Source: Ostreococcus lucimarinus (Eukaryota). From it: a DNA stretch of 64,000 bases. The notes beneath the pieces are model-generated. The model made no database searches. It was not told where the DNA came from and saw only the letters and a list, made by a program, of their open reading frames with translations. The translations under genes were made by a program, and so were the position numbers. Each line of letters begins with the position of its first letter. Positions within the stretch are counted from its first letter, which is position 1. The DNA lies in NCBI GenBank assembly GCA_000092065.1, contig CP000582.1. The stretch is one strand, 5' to 3'. Shown piece by piece: positions 10,548 through 20,519 of the stretch.

Positions 10548-11687
10548 TCAGCGCCCGACGTCAAACTTACACACGCAGTCGTAAAGCTCACCGTCTAAAA
10601 GCTCCGCGACTTCCAAGTGCTTCACCATACCGAGCTTCAAGGCGTCTATTTTTACGAACTTGGCCCATAAATTCGTCTCGATGCCGCGTCCCATGCCCTC
10701 GAGCACGAGCAAATCGCAAGTCTCAGCTTCGGCGCACGCCTCGGCGGACAAGTACCTCAGGTCGATCACCGGCATGTCGCTCCCCGACGACACGACACGC
10801 ATGCGCTTTCCCACGATCGCATCGCGCAGTACGCTATCGCCCATCTCGAGCAAAGCTGGAATTATTTGTTCACGCATCTCGAGAGCGGTGACGTCGTTGA
10901 TCGAAGGCGTCTCGTTCGCCGCGACGACGACTTCGGTGCCTCGTCGAAGCAGTTCGCGAATGAACGGAATCATCCCCAAGCACACGTCTGCACCAGCGTT
11001 GTCGACGAACACGATCGCCTTCGCGTGCGTCTTCGTCGCGAATCGCGCTCGCAGCGCGTCGAAATCGTCGACGCACCACGGTCGCGGCTTCAATCCGTTC
11101 ACCGTCGACGCAAAGTCCACGCCGTCGGTGTCGTATAAATCCGCGCTCGACGCCGCGCCCAAATCAAATATATTTCCCGCGAACACTCCTCGCACGAGCG
11201 CCAAAAGCCGTTCGCCGTCGTCCTCGATCCCGTCCGTCGCCGCCAGCGCGCCCGCCAGCGCTCGCAGCGCCGTCGCGTTCTCCGCCGCCTTCACGCCGCG
11301 AAAGCAATCCGCGAATCCGCATCGCCGTAAAATCCCATCGCGCGCGCGGCACATCTCCAAGCAATTCACCCCCTCCCACGGCGCCCACCACGCGCCGCCG
11401 CTCGCCTCGCCTCGACACGCCTCGCGCGCGTCCTCGTCCCCCGCCTCGCACCGCGCGCACGCCGCCTCGAACGCCCGCGCGAACGCCCGCGCGCGCGCCG
11501 TCGCGCCGTCGCCCGACGCCTCGTCCAGCGCCGCTCGGCGCTCGAACGACGCCGCGGACGCGCGAAAGACGCCGACCCACGCGCGGCGCTGCGCGTCCGT
11601 CGTCCACGGCGCGAACGTCACGGGCGCGTACGTCGCGTCGAGCCACGGGAACGCGACGGGCGCGCCGGAAGACTCGCGCGCGGGCAT
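10548..11687 (-). CDS. DUF89 / ARMT1-like damage-control phosphatase family protein.
   Basis: Contains KAIVFVDNAGADVCLGMIPFIRELL...LVLEGMGRG, the DUF89 hallmarks. Start is chosen at the ATG at 11685-11687 (MPARESS...). The longer ORF to 12047 is probably a GC-rich read-through that overlaps psaE exon 1. Confidence 0.7.
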   Translation of the reverse strand: MPARESSGAPVAFPWLDATYAPVTFAPWTTDAQRRAWVGVFRASAASFERRAALDEASGDGATARARAFARAFEAACARCEAGDEDAREACRGEASGGAWWAPWEGVNCLEMCRARDGILRRCGFADCFRGVKAAENATALRALAGALAATDGIEDDGERLLALVRGVFAGNIFDLGAASSADLYDTDGVDFASTVNGLKPRPWCVDDFDALRARFATKTHAKAIVFVDNAGADVCLGMIPFIRELLRRGTEVVVAANETPSINDVTALEMREQIIPALLEMGDSVLRDAIVGKRMRVVSSGSDMPVIDLRYLSAEACAEAETCDLLVLEGMGRGIETNLWAKFVKIDALKLGMVKHLEVAELLDGELYDCVCKFDVGR

Positions 11688-11991
11688 CGCCGCGCGCGCC
11701 CGCGCGCGTCGGCGAGCGCGGGCGCGCGCGCGCGGGCGCCGCGCGCCGGTCGCGACCGTGGCGACCGACCGCGTGTCCCGCGTGGGGTAAACAGTACCAC
11801 GTGATGTATGGTGACCGAATGTCCGAACATGTACACGTTCACACTGTCTGCGCATACAAAATAAATAAACCGACCCCCCCGATCCGCGCGTACGCGACGC
11901 CGATCGCGCGCCATGAAATCGAACGCGACCCGATCCGTGGACGCCCGTCGTCGCCCGCGCGCGCGTCCGCACACAAGCACGCACGCGCACG

Positions 11992-12047
11992 ATGTTCGCG
12001 ATGTCCACGATGCAAACCGCCGCGGCGCGCGCCGTTTTCGTCTCCAA
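11992..12047 (+). CDS. psaE: psaE exon 1 (photosystem I subunit IV precursor; transit-peptide start, MFAMSTMQTAAARAVFVS + 2 nt).
   Basis: ATG at 11992. The donor CAA|GTGCGTCGCG lies at 12048. The exon ends in phase 2 and joins exon 2 to give an AAG (K) codon. Confidence 0.55.
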
Positions 12048-12243
12048 GTGCGTCGCGATCTCGCGCGAGCGCGCGCGTCGGAAAACGCGACGCGACGCGA
12101 AGACCGCGCGCGATGGATCGTTCGCGTCGCGATCGCGGCGCGATGCGACGACGTTCGACGCGATGCCGCGCGCGCGGCGACGCGACGACGGCGAGCGGTG
12201 ACTGACGAACGCGCGCGATCATTTCGCTTCTTCGAACCCGCAG

Positions 12244-12298
12244 GCCGACGGCGACGAAGCGCCGCACGACGATCGTCCGCGCGGAGGGCGACGCCGCG
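12244..12298 (+). CDS. psaE: psaE exon 2 (transit peptide end, ...PTATKRRTTIVRAEGDAA).
   Basis: The acceptor cccgcag lies at 12241-12243, preceded by the branch site GTGACTGACGAAC at about 12198. The donor GCG|GTGCGTCTCGAG lies at 12299. The VRA|E stromal processing motif matches Chlamydomonas PsaE (VVRAEE). Confidence 0.7.
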
Positions 12299-12431
12299 GT
12301 GCGTCTCGAGATACGCGAGCGTATCGTGGATGCGACGCGTCGCGGTGATTCGACGTCTCGCGAGGCCGATCGCGACGCGCGCGACGAAGACGCGCGACTG
12401 ACGATGAAGAAAAATGTTTGGGACGACGCAG

Positions 12432-12482
12432 GAACCCGCGAAGGCGGCGCCGCCGGCGATCGGACCGCCGAGAGGCTCGAAG
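12432..12482 (+). CDS. psaE: psaE exon 3 (EPAKAAPPAIGPPRGSK).
   Basis: The acceptor gacgcag lies at 12429-12431 with the branch site GACTGACGATG at about 12397. The donor AAG|GTGCGCGCGG lies at 12483. The GP(K/P)RGS motif is conserved in PsaE. Confidence 0.75.
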
Positions 12483-12627
12483 GTGCGCGCGGGGAGACTT
12501 ATCGCGACGACGCGCGCGCGGTATCGCGGACGACGGCGACCGATCGGGACGGGAGAGGCGCGTTGGCGAGCGAAGGACTGTGACTGACGATGTGTGCGCG
12601 CGGTGTGCGGTTTGCGAATGGACGTAG

Positions 12628-12789
12628 GTTAAGATTTTGCGCCCGGAATCGTACTGGTTCAACGACTACGGCAAGGTCATCTCCGTCGATCAATCCGGCG
12701 TGCGGTACCCGGTTGTCGTTCGTTTCGAAAAGGTCAACTACGCGGGTGTTTCCACGAACAACTACGCGCTCGATGAGATCGAGTACTAA
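12628..12789 (+). CDS. psaE: psaE exon 4 ([53 protein letters not shown], then stop).
   Basis: Near-identical to the PsaE core, for example Chlamydomonas [51 protein letters not shown]. The acceptor acgtag lies at 12625-12627 with the branch site GACTGACGATG about 40 nt upstream. The six-frame track did not list this exon because it has no internal start codon. Confidence 0.85.
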   Translation, partial: VKILRPESYWFNDYGKVISVDQSGVRYPVVVRFEKVNYAGVSTNNYALDEIEY

Positions 12790-13096
12790 GTGGGCACCTC
12801 GTGGGTGAAACCGAGAACGGCTGGCGCGAGCGATCGTCGCGGCGAGCGCGCCTCGCAAGGCGCGCTCGGCGGCGCGACTTCGTTCGCGGGCGCGCCGTTC
12901 GAGGCGCAATAGACAAATAGCACACGCAACAATTCGAGAGATCGAGGTTTATAATGACGCATCTCACGATATAACGACGCATCGATCGATCACGCGCCGT
13001 CTGCTCGCTCGCGCGCGATCCGCGTCGTCTCCGCGCCGCGCCGAACACCCGTCCCTCTCGCGCGCGCGACTTCCGCACTCGCGCGCGCGACGCGCG

Positions 13097-15832
13097 ATGT
13101 CGCGCGCGTCGGCGAGCGAACGCGCGAGTCTTCTCGCGTCGTCGTCGACGTCGATCGACGTCGAGCGCGGGCGCGACGCACCGTCATCGTCGTCGGCGCG
13201 CGTGGGTGTTAACACCCACGATGACGCTCGAGCGCCGTCACCGTCGACGCGGACGCGTTCGCGGGCGTGCGCGGTCGCCGCAGCGTGCGTGATCGCGTGC
13301 GCGATCGCCGCGGCGTGCGCGGGCGACGCACGGGCGAGATCGCGCGCGCGGCTCGGGCTCGAGATCGGGCGCGAGTCCGACGCGAACGCGACGATGGAGG
13401 CGGGCCGAGAGACGGCGGCGATGGGAGCGTCGAAGCGCGACAACGTGGACGATAGGGCGATGCGGGATGAATTTTTAGAGTCGCAGGCGGCGAGCGTGAC
13501 GAAGGCGCACGAGGCGAAGGCGAAGGCGTTCTCGACGGAGCTGGCGAAGGAGTGGCGACGGTTCGAGGAGCGCTCGCGGCGAACCGAGGATTCGGACGGC
13601 GACGTCATATGGATGGTGCGAACGGCAGAGTACGCCAATGTAGCGATGGATAAGAGAGGGTGGTGGCGACCGCGGACGTTGACGCAGCGAGATAAAGGGG
13701 ATTGGATGATGAGTTCGGTGGGGGCGCGCACGGACCCAGCGGCGACGGCAGCCTTGAGCTTGCAAGAGCGCTTGGCGCACTCGCAAGCGCATCGTGAGGC
13801 GATGATTTTTAACTCGTGTCCGAGTTTAGTGTACTTGGGTGCGGAATACGCGAGTCATACGTGGCCTTCGACCGTGCGCCAGCTCGGTTTCGCGCACGGT
13901 TTGCGCGGGACGACGACCGGGACGATGGATACGCTCAAGAGCGTTCGCATGAACCCTAAGGGTCCTAACTTTGTTTTGGGTGCGAGCGACGGCCTGAGTT
14001 ACGAAGGTTTATCCGCGATGCTCGGCACGATGAGCGCTCGCGACAACGGACGTTTAGACGAATCCAAATCGCTCTTTCTCATCGCAGGCGTGCGCGACCC
14101 GCTCAAGCGAGCCATCGAGGCTTACATGCAATACGGCGTTGCTCGTCGAGGCTGGGAGCCGACGGTGGAGAGCTTTGAAAATTTCGTGTTCGGGCGCTAC
14201 GGGCGGCTGGCGCACGTGGGGAACATACAGTTTAAGATGCTCGCTCCGGAGGAGTTGGTGAAAAAGGCGCTCGAGCGTGAAGCTCTTCAAGCAAAAGCAC
14301 CTCCGATCAAGGATGCGGAGATCATGCGTGTATTGAACACGTATGATCTCGTCGTGACGCCAGAGCACGACCTTTTGGCCCGTCTGCTTGTGAAGCAGAT
14401 GCTGTACCGCGTCGTTTCCGTAAGACAAATTTTAACGCCACCAGATGTCGGATACGCGAGGCTCGATCGCTTCGGGTTTAAGAGGTACGACGTCGAGGAT
14501 AAGGAAAACGTTTTACCGAAACCTTTGTTGGAGTATGTCAACAGTCGGGCGTTCAAAGTGAGGTTCAACAGGCTTAACTTGCTGGATCAAAAGCTGTACG
14601 ACGCCGCAAACGCGCGGCTGCTAAGAATGTGGAAGGAGCATCACGTGGTCGAAAGTTACTTGGCGTGGCGAGAATCTGTGCACGATTACGTCATGCCGAA
14701 ATTGATGAACACTCAGAGCCTAAAGGCGGCGAGAGAGTTATCGCAAAGCAGCCCTCGAGTGGCAAAAGTGTGCCCGTCAGGGCACGAGGATGACTGCTCT
14801 ACCGTATTCGAAGAGCACGCTGACGAGTTCCTCGCCGAAGAGAAGCGCCGACACGCCAGCGAGCAGTGCATGTTTGAGAACTACGGTTGTTTCAGTCGTC
14901 AATTGGTAAATCTCGGGCTTTTGCACTACAAAAGGACTCGAACCGCCGAACTGGCGAGTTTTTTCAAACAGCAAGAGACGCCAGAGTCGTATGGTACCGC
15001 CAAGGCGGCCTCGTGCGCCGGGGTGGCAATGGTTTCGGAGATTCGATTTTGCGCCGATAACGCGACTTTAGGCGACGGTGTCGTCGGTAAAGCCATGACG
15101 GGCCTAGCGGATTCGATTTATCTTCTCTGTGCCCGACACGCATGCGAAAACTTGTGCGTGCCGAAGAGTTGGGAAACCAAGGTTCGCGTTGTCGACGGCG
15201 CCAAGATTGACCGATGCTTCGGTATACAAGCAACCGAGAACCATTTCCGCCGCGCCACGCTCTCGCATGGAGCGATCGTCGCACACGCCAGGCAGGAAAA
15301 GTTTCGGAACGTCGCGGTCGTGGAGGTAGACGTCAACTTTGTCGACCCGGATCCATCCAACTATCCCGACTACGACGCCGCGAAGTCGGTTCAGTCAATC
15401 GCAAAACACATCGATGGTAACACGGCCGCAGATTCTGACGATCCATTCACCATCATTCGTCTCGGCTATCGCGCGTGGGAGTTTGAGCGCGGCGTCGTGG
15501 CGTGCCCTCACGGCTGCGGTTGTCGCCGCGGCGCCGACGGCGCCGACGACTCCTACTGCGTCGTCACCCGAGCGCAGTGCGACCTCCGCGGCTCCCACGC
15601 CTACATTCTCTCCGGAGACTCCTTCAACCTCTTCCTCGAGCCCGTGCTGAGCAAAAAGCGCACGCAAACCAAGGTGATCGACTTCAACGTCTTTCAACGA
15701 TTTCCCCAGCAGCTCGTGCTCGAGCCCATGCTCGCCGCGCAAGCCGGTTACTCCAACGACGCCGACGTTATCGGCGTCGACCAGCAATTCCACGACGCTC
15801 GTCGCTTCGCGCAATCGTGCGTCGTTCGTTAG
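13097..15832 (+). CDS. Type II membrane protein with a sulfotransferase-like domain; the C-terminal half is unassigned.
   Basis: ATG at 13097. The N-terminal cytosolic tail is followed by a TM anchor, ACAVAAACVIACAIAAACAG. Sulfotransferase-like 5'-PSB and 3'-PB motifs are present (TTGTMDTL..., ...VRDPLKRAIEAY). Confidence 0.6.
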   Translation: MSRASASERASLLASSSTSIDVERGRDAPSSSSARVGVNTHDDARAPSPSTRTRSRACAVAAACVIACAIAAACAGDARARSRARLGLEIGRESDANATMEAGRETAAMGASKRDNVDDRAMRDEFLESQAASVTKAHEAKAKAFSTELAKEWRRFEERSRRTEDSDGDVIWMVRTAEYANVAMDKRGWWRPRTLTQRDKGDWMMSSVGARTDPAATAALSLQERLAHSQAHREAMIFNSCPSLVYLGAEYASHTWPSTVRQLGFAHGLRGTTTGTMDTLKSVRMNPKGPNFVLGASDGLSYEGLSAMLGTMSARDNGRLDESKSLFLIAGVRDPLKRAIEAYMQYGVARRGWEPTVESFENFVFGRYGRLAHVGNIQFKMLAPEELVKKALEREALQAKAPPIKDAEIMRVLNTYDLVVTPEHDLLARLLVKQMLYRVVSVRQILTPPDVGYARLDRFGFKRYDVEDKENVLPKPLLEYVNSRAFKVRFNRLNLLDQKLYDAANARLLRMWKEHHVVESYLAWRESVHDYVMPKLMNTQSLKAARELSQSSPRVAKVCPSGHEDDCSTVFEEHADEFLAEEKRRHASEQCMFENYGCFSRQLVNLGLLHYKRTRTAELASFFKQQETPESYGTAKAASCAGVAMVSEIRFCADNATLGDGVVGKAMTGLADSIYLLCARHACENLCVPKSWETKVRVVDGAKIDRCFGIQATENHFRRATLSHGAIVAHARQEKFRNVAVVEVDVNFVDPDPSNYPDYDAAKSVQSIAKHIDGNTAADSDDPFTIIRLGYRAWEFERGVVACPHGCGCRRGADGADDSYCVVTRAQCDLRGSHAYILSGDSFNLFLEPVLSKKRTQTKVIDFNVFQRFPQQLVLEPMLAAQAGYSNDADVIGVDQQFHDARRFAQSCVVR

Positions 15833-16165
15833 CACACCATCATAGCTTAGCCCTTCAACAGCGACGTCACGACGTCCTCGCGCGCCGAATTCCTTCGCGT
15901 CGCGCTCGGCGGTTGAAACGCGCGCCCGACGCCAACCCTCGGTCAAGCTGTAGGATCGCTTTTCGGCGACGTCAAACGCGCGCGCGCCGCGAGGAAGCGC
16001 GCGTCTCGCGCCCATCGACGCGAAACCCTCCATTGTCGCCATCACCGCGCGCGCGCGTTCTCGCGGCGCGTCGTCGACGCGCGCGCGCCGTCCGAGTCGC
16101 CGAAAAGCGATCGCCGCCGCCGGTGCAGACGCGCGCGGTCGCGCCTAAAACGCGCGTCGAACGCC

Positions 16166-19100
16166 ATGCCGACGTTCCGGGACGACATGGCGGGGTCATC
16201 GCACGACACCGCGGCGATTGATTTCACGAAGACGCCGTTCGCGCCGGCGTCGACGCCGAGAAAGATTAGCGCGGTGCGGTTTTCGCTGATGAGCTCGAGC
16301 GAAATCGGACGCGCGGGGGTGTTTCACGTGTTCGAACGGAATTTGTATCAGATGCCGCAGCGAACGCCGATGCCGAACGGGATATTAGATCCGAGAATGG
16401 GGACGACGGATAAGCGCGGTGGGGAGTGCGCGACGTGTCGAGGGAACATGGTGGATTGCGCGGGGCACTTTGGGTACATCAAGCTGGAGCTGCCGGTGTT
16501 TCACATCGGATACTTTAAAAACATCATCAGCGTGTTGCAGTGCGTGTGCAAGAATTGCTCGCGGATTTTACTGAACGAGGATGATCAAGATATGTTTTTG
16601 AAGCGCTATCGGAATCCAAGACTTGAGATTACGCAGAGGCGTCTGCTGTACAAAAAGTTGACGGAAAAGTGCAAACGATGCCGAACGTGTCCGCATTGCG
16701 GAGATTACAACGGCGTGACCAAGCGTGCGGGGCAGACTTTGAAGATCGTTCACGAAAAGTATAGTAAAAACCCAGCGTTGTTGGAGGAGTTTATGAAGGA
16801 GTTTGAAACAGCTTTGAAGTACAACGAGCAGCTTCGAGCGTCACTGCCAAAGGTGCAAGACGATTTGAATCCCATTCGTGTGTTGGGCATATTACAGCGC
16901 GTCACTTCGGCCGATTGCGAATTACTAGACATCGCAGATCGACCGGAACACTTGCTCTTGACGCACCTGCCCGTTCCGCCGTGTTGCATCAGGCCTTCGG
17001 TGGAGATGGACGGCGTGTCAGGGTCAAACGAAGACGATATCACGATGAAGCTCATACAAATCATCGAAGTCAACAATGTTTTGCGGCAAGGCTTAGAGAA
17101 AGGGCTCGCTGTTAACAATATGATGGAGAATTGGGATTTTTTACAGATTCAATGCGCCATGTACATCAACAGCGAGCTTCCCGGTTTATCTCTGCAGTAC
17201 CAGGGCCCTGGTAAGCCGCTGCGCGGCTTTGTGCAAAGACTCAAGGGTAAGCAAGGGCGCTTCCGCGGTAACCTCAGCGGTAAGCGCGTAGACTTCAGTG
17301 CGCGCACTGTGATCTCACCAGATCCGAATCTTCGGATCGACGAGGTTGGTGTACCAATACATATAGCGAAGACAATGACATACCCAGAAGTCGTCAACAA
17401 ACACAACATGGTGATGCTGAGAGAGCGCGTGCGCAATGGTATGGCGAAGCATCCTGGAGCGAACTTTGTCAAGTTTGCGTCTGGTGGTATGCAGTACTTG
17501 AAGTACGGCGATCGTCGCAAGATTGCCAGCGAGTTGAAATTCGGAGACATTGTTGAGCGACATTTGCACGACGGCGACATTCTGTTGTTCAATCGTCAGC
17601 CGAGTTTACACAAGATGTCAATCATGGCGCACAAGGCACGTATCATGGAGTGCCGAACTCTACGTTTTAACGAGTGCGTGTGTACGCCGTACAACGCCGA
17701 TTTCGACGGTGACGAGATGAATATTCATTGCCCTCAAACGGAAGAAGCGCGCGCCGAAGCGATGCAACTTATGGGAGTGCAACACAACCTGTGCACACCG
17801 AAAAACGGCGAGATTCTCATCGCAGCGACGCAGGACTTCCTAACTGCAGCGTTTCTTCTCACCATTAAGGATGCGTTTTTTGATCGCTCTCAGTTTGGCT
17901 CGCTCGTCGCGTACATGGGTGATGCGCTCCTTTCCGTGGATCTTCCGACGCCAGCAATCTTGAAACCCATTGAGCTGTGGACTGGAAAGCAAGTGTTCAG
18001 CGTTCTCATTCGACCGAAAGCGTCCGATCACATATATGTTAATCTTGAAGTCGCTGAAAAGCTGTACAACAAGAAGGACAAAACAATGTGTCCCGACGAC
18101 GGGTACGTGTGCATTCAGAATAGTGAAATAATCTCAGGGCAACTCGGCAAGGCGACACTCGGTAGTGGAAATAAAAGTGGACTATTCTACGTGCTCAACA
18201 TAGAATACGGCGCCGAAGCCGCCGCAAATGCGATGAATAGACTCGCCAAGCTGAGCGCTCGATGGCTGGGTACGCGCGGGTTTAGCATTGGCATCGACGA
18301 CGTCTCACCGGCCGCGGAGTTGTCAGCCGAAAAGGGCCGACGTATCGAGGACGGCTACAGAACTTGCGACGAACGAATCGCTTCGTATGAGAAAGGTACT
18401 TTACCTCTTCAAGCGGGCTGCAACGCGGAGGAAACGTTGGAGGCTGAAGTTCTCGGGGTCTTGTCTGCGGTGCGCGAAGCCGCGGGGAACGCGTGTTTAA
18501 AGGCGCTGCCGCGTCGCAACGCACCACTTATCATGGCTCTTTGCGGCAGTAAGGGTAGCACGATCAACATTTCTCAGATGATCGCGTGTGTTGGTCAACA
18601 AGCTGTGGGAGGCTCGCGACCTCCTGACGGTTTCGCCGAGCGATCGCTCCCGCATTTCAGGCGCGGAGAAAAGACACCCGCCGCAAAGGGCTTTGTCGCC
18701 AACTCTTTCTTTTCTGGCATGCGACCGACGGAATTCTTCTTCCATACCATGGCTGGTCGTGAAGGTCTCGTCGATACTGCCGTAAAGACTGCAGAGACTG
18801 GATACATGTCTCGTCGTCTCATGAAGGCGCTAGAGGACCTATCGCTTCAGTACGACGGCACTGTGCGCAACTCGATGGGTGGCATTGTGCAGCTGCGCTA
18901 CGGCGACGACGGCATGGAACCGACTATGATGGAGAGTGAAGACGCCCAACCGATCGAGTTTAAGCGGTGTTTGATGAATGTGCGAGGTCTGAACTCGGCA
19001 CGAGGCGAACCGCCAGCGACTCGCTCGGCGTTAGATGCGGCGCTGGACCAGTTCAAGCGAAACAACAGAATTATCAATGTCGACGAAGAAGGCGAAAGCG

Positions 19101-20446
19101 CCGAGACGCGCGAACTCGTGTACAGCGCTGGTATCTCGCAATTATTCTACGAAAACATGAGAACATTCATCATCAACGAAGTGGAGTCGCCTTCGGATGG
19201 CGTATACATGTCGGATCGACAGATGAAGGCATTTTTGGACGCGTGCGCGCGAAAATACACTGAAAAACGAATTGAGCCCGGCACCGCAGTTGGCGCCATT
19301 GGCGCACAATCCATCGGCGAGCCAGGCACACAAATGACGCTGAAGACGTTCCATTTCGCCGGTGTGGCGTCGATGAACATCACCCTCGGCGTTCCTCGAA
19401 TTAAGGAAATCATCAACGCGTCCAAGAATATCAGTACGCCAATCATCACGGCGTCGCTCATGAGCGACAGGGACGTCAAGGCGGCGCGCGTGGTGAAGGG
19501 TAGAGTGGAGAAGACGACGTTGGGCGAAATCTGTTCCGAAATCAATATTGTCGTTCGTCCGCACGATCTTTACCTCGAGCTTATGTTAGATATGGAGGCG
19601 ATCAATCAACTTCAGTTGGACGTCACCATTCACTCCGTGCGCCTGGCTGTGCTCGGGGCGCCAAAGCTCAAGCTCAAGCCTCAACACGTGCTCATCGCCG
19701 GCGAGAATATCTTGCATGTCTTACCCTCGGAAGAAGCACTGATAGAAAAACGCGCGTTGTTCACTCTGCAGCACATGCGACTGGCCATTCCCGCCGTCAT
19801 CGTGCAAGGCATCCCATCCGTCGGTCGAGCCGTCATCAACGACAAGGGCGACGGAACGTACAACCTCATCGTGGAAGGCGTGAACTTGCAGTCCGTCATG
19901 GGTATCGAGGGCATCAAGGGAACAGAGACACGAACAAACCATGTCATGGAGTGTGAACGCACGCTAGGCATCGAAGCGGCGCGCGCGTGCATCATTGAAG
20001 AGATTGACAGCACGATGGGCGCTCACGGCATGTCAATCGACAACCGACACTCGATGTTGCTCGCCGACGTCATGACGTACAAGGGCGAGGTTCTCGGGAT
20101 CACGCGTTTCGGCATGGCAAAGATGAAAGACTCTGTACTCATGTTGGCTTCGTTCGAGAAAACTACGGATCATCTGTTCGACGCAGCGCTGCACGGGCGC
20201 ACGGATTACATCGACGGCGTCTCCGAGTGCATCATCATGGGCATTCCAATGCCCATCGGCACGGGGATGTTCCGCTTGCAGCACCGCGCGATGAAACTCG
20301 AAGTTGACATCAACTTGGTAGAAGAAGACGGAAGAGAAACGTTGATGACGACTGTCACCCCCGAACAACGCGAAGAATTGCCGAAAAGACCGCCCTTGCT
20401 CTTGCAAGGCGGATACTGCAAACCATGCAGACCTATCGAAGCTTAA
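16166..20446 (+). CDS. RPC1: DNA-directed RNA polymerase III largest subunit (RPC1 / POLR3A).
   Basis: 1426 aa with no CTD heptads. Conserved clamp and active-site regions are present, including NADFDGDEMNIH, the Pol III-specific ...RSLPHFRRGEKTPAAKGFVANSFFSGMRPTEFFFHTMAGREGLVDTAVKTAETGY, and the zinc ribbon CATCRGNMVDCAGHFG. Confidence 0.9.
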   Translation: MPTFRDDMAGSSHDTAAIDFTKTPFAPASTPRKISAVRFSLMSSSEIGRAGVFHVFERNLYQMPQRTPMPNGILDPRMGTTDKRGGECATCRGNMVDCAGHFGYIKLELPVFHIGYFKNIISVLQCVCKNCSRILLNEDDQDMFLKRYRNPRLEITQRRLLYKKLTEKCKRCRTCPHCGDYNGVTKRAGQTLKIVHEKYSKNPALLEEFMKEFETALKYNEQLRASLPKVQDDLNPIRVLGILQRVTSADCELLDIADRPEHLLLTHLPVPPCCIRPSVEMDGVSGSNEDDITMKLIQIIEVNNVLRQGLEKGLAVNNMMENWDFLQIQCAMYINSELPGLSLQYQGPGKPLRGFVQRLKGKQGRFRGNLSGKRVDFSARTVISPDPNLRIDEVGVPIHIAKTMTYPEVVNKHNMVMLRERVRNGMAKHPGANFVKFASGGMQYLKYGDRRKIASELKFGDIVERHLHDGDILLFNRQPSLHKMSIMAHKARIMECRTLRFNECVCTPYNADFDGDEMNIHCPQTEEARAEAMQLMGVQHNLCTPKNGEILIAATQDFLTAAFLLTIKDAFFDRSQFGSLVAYMGDALLSVDLPTPAILKPIELWTGKQVFSVLIRPKASDHIYVNLEVAEKLYNKKDKTMCPDDGYVCIQNSEIISGQLGKATLGSGNKSGLFYVLNIEYGAEAAANAMNRLAKLSARWLGTRGFSIGIDDVSPAAELSAEKGRRIEDGYRTCDERIASYEKGTLPLQAGCNAEETLEAEVLGVLSAVREAAGNACLKALPRRNAPLIMALCGSKGSTINISQMIACVGQQAVGGSRPPDGFAERSLPHFRRGEKTPAAKGFVANSFFSGMRPTEFFFHTMAGREGLVDTAVKTAETGYMSRRLMKALEDLSLQYDGTVRNSMGGIVQLRYGDDGMEPTMMESEDAQPIEFKRCLMNVRGLNSARGEPPATRSALDAALDQFKRNNRIINVDEEGESAETRELVYSAGISQLFYENMRTFIINEVESPSDGVYMSDRQMKAFLDACARKYTEKRIEPGTAVGAIGAQSIGEPGTQMTLKTFHFAGVASMNITLGVPRIKEIINASKNISTPIITASLMSDRDVKAARVVKGRVEKTTLGEICSEINIVVRPHDLYLELMLDMEAINQLQLDVTIHSVRLAVLGAPKLKLKPQHVLIAGENILHVLPSEEALIEKRALFTLQHMRLAIPAVIVQGIPSVGRAVINDKGDGTYNLIVEGVNLQSVMGIEGIKGTETRTNHVMECERTLGIEAARACIIEEIDSTMGAHGMSIDNRHSMLLADVMTYKGEVLGITRFGMAKMKDSVLMLASFEKTTDHLFDAALHGRTDYIDGVSECIIMGIPMPIGTGMFRLQHRAMKLEVDINLVEEDGRETLMTTVTPEQREELPKRPPLLLQGGYCKPCRPIEA

Positions 20447-20519
20447 TACGTTGCGGTCCGCTCGAAATTTTAGAAATTTTAGTAGAATAGACGGATTTTT
20501 ACAATTCAATTCGAGGGCG

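Noticed and set aside
12418-12627. 69-aa ORF (MGRRRNPRRRRRR...) listed in the track.
   Set aside because: It lies entirely within psaE intron 3 plus exon 3 in the wrong frame and starts at TTG.
18620-18670. Intron-like CCTGACGG...TTTCAG inside the RPC1 ORF.
   Set aside because: The encoded peptide (GGSRPPDGFAERSLPHFRRGEKTPAAKGF) is collinear with POLR3A homologs. No GTGCG donor lies upstream, so the match is coincidental.
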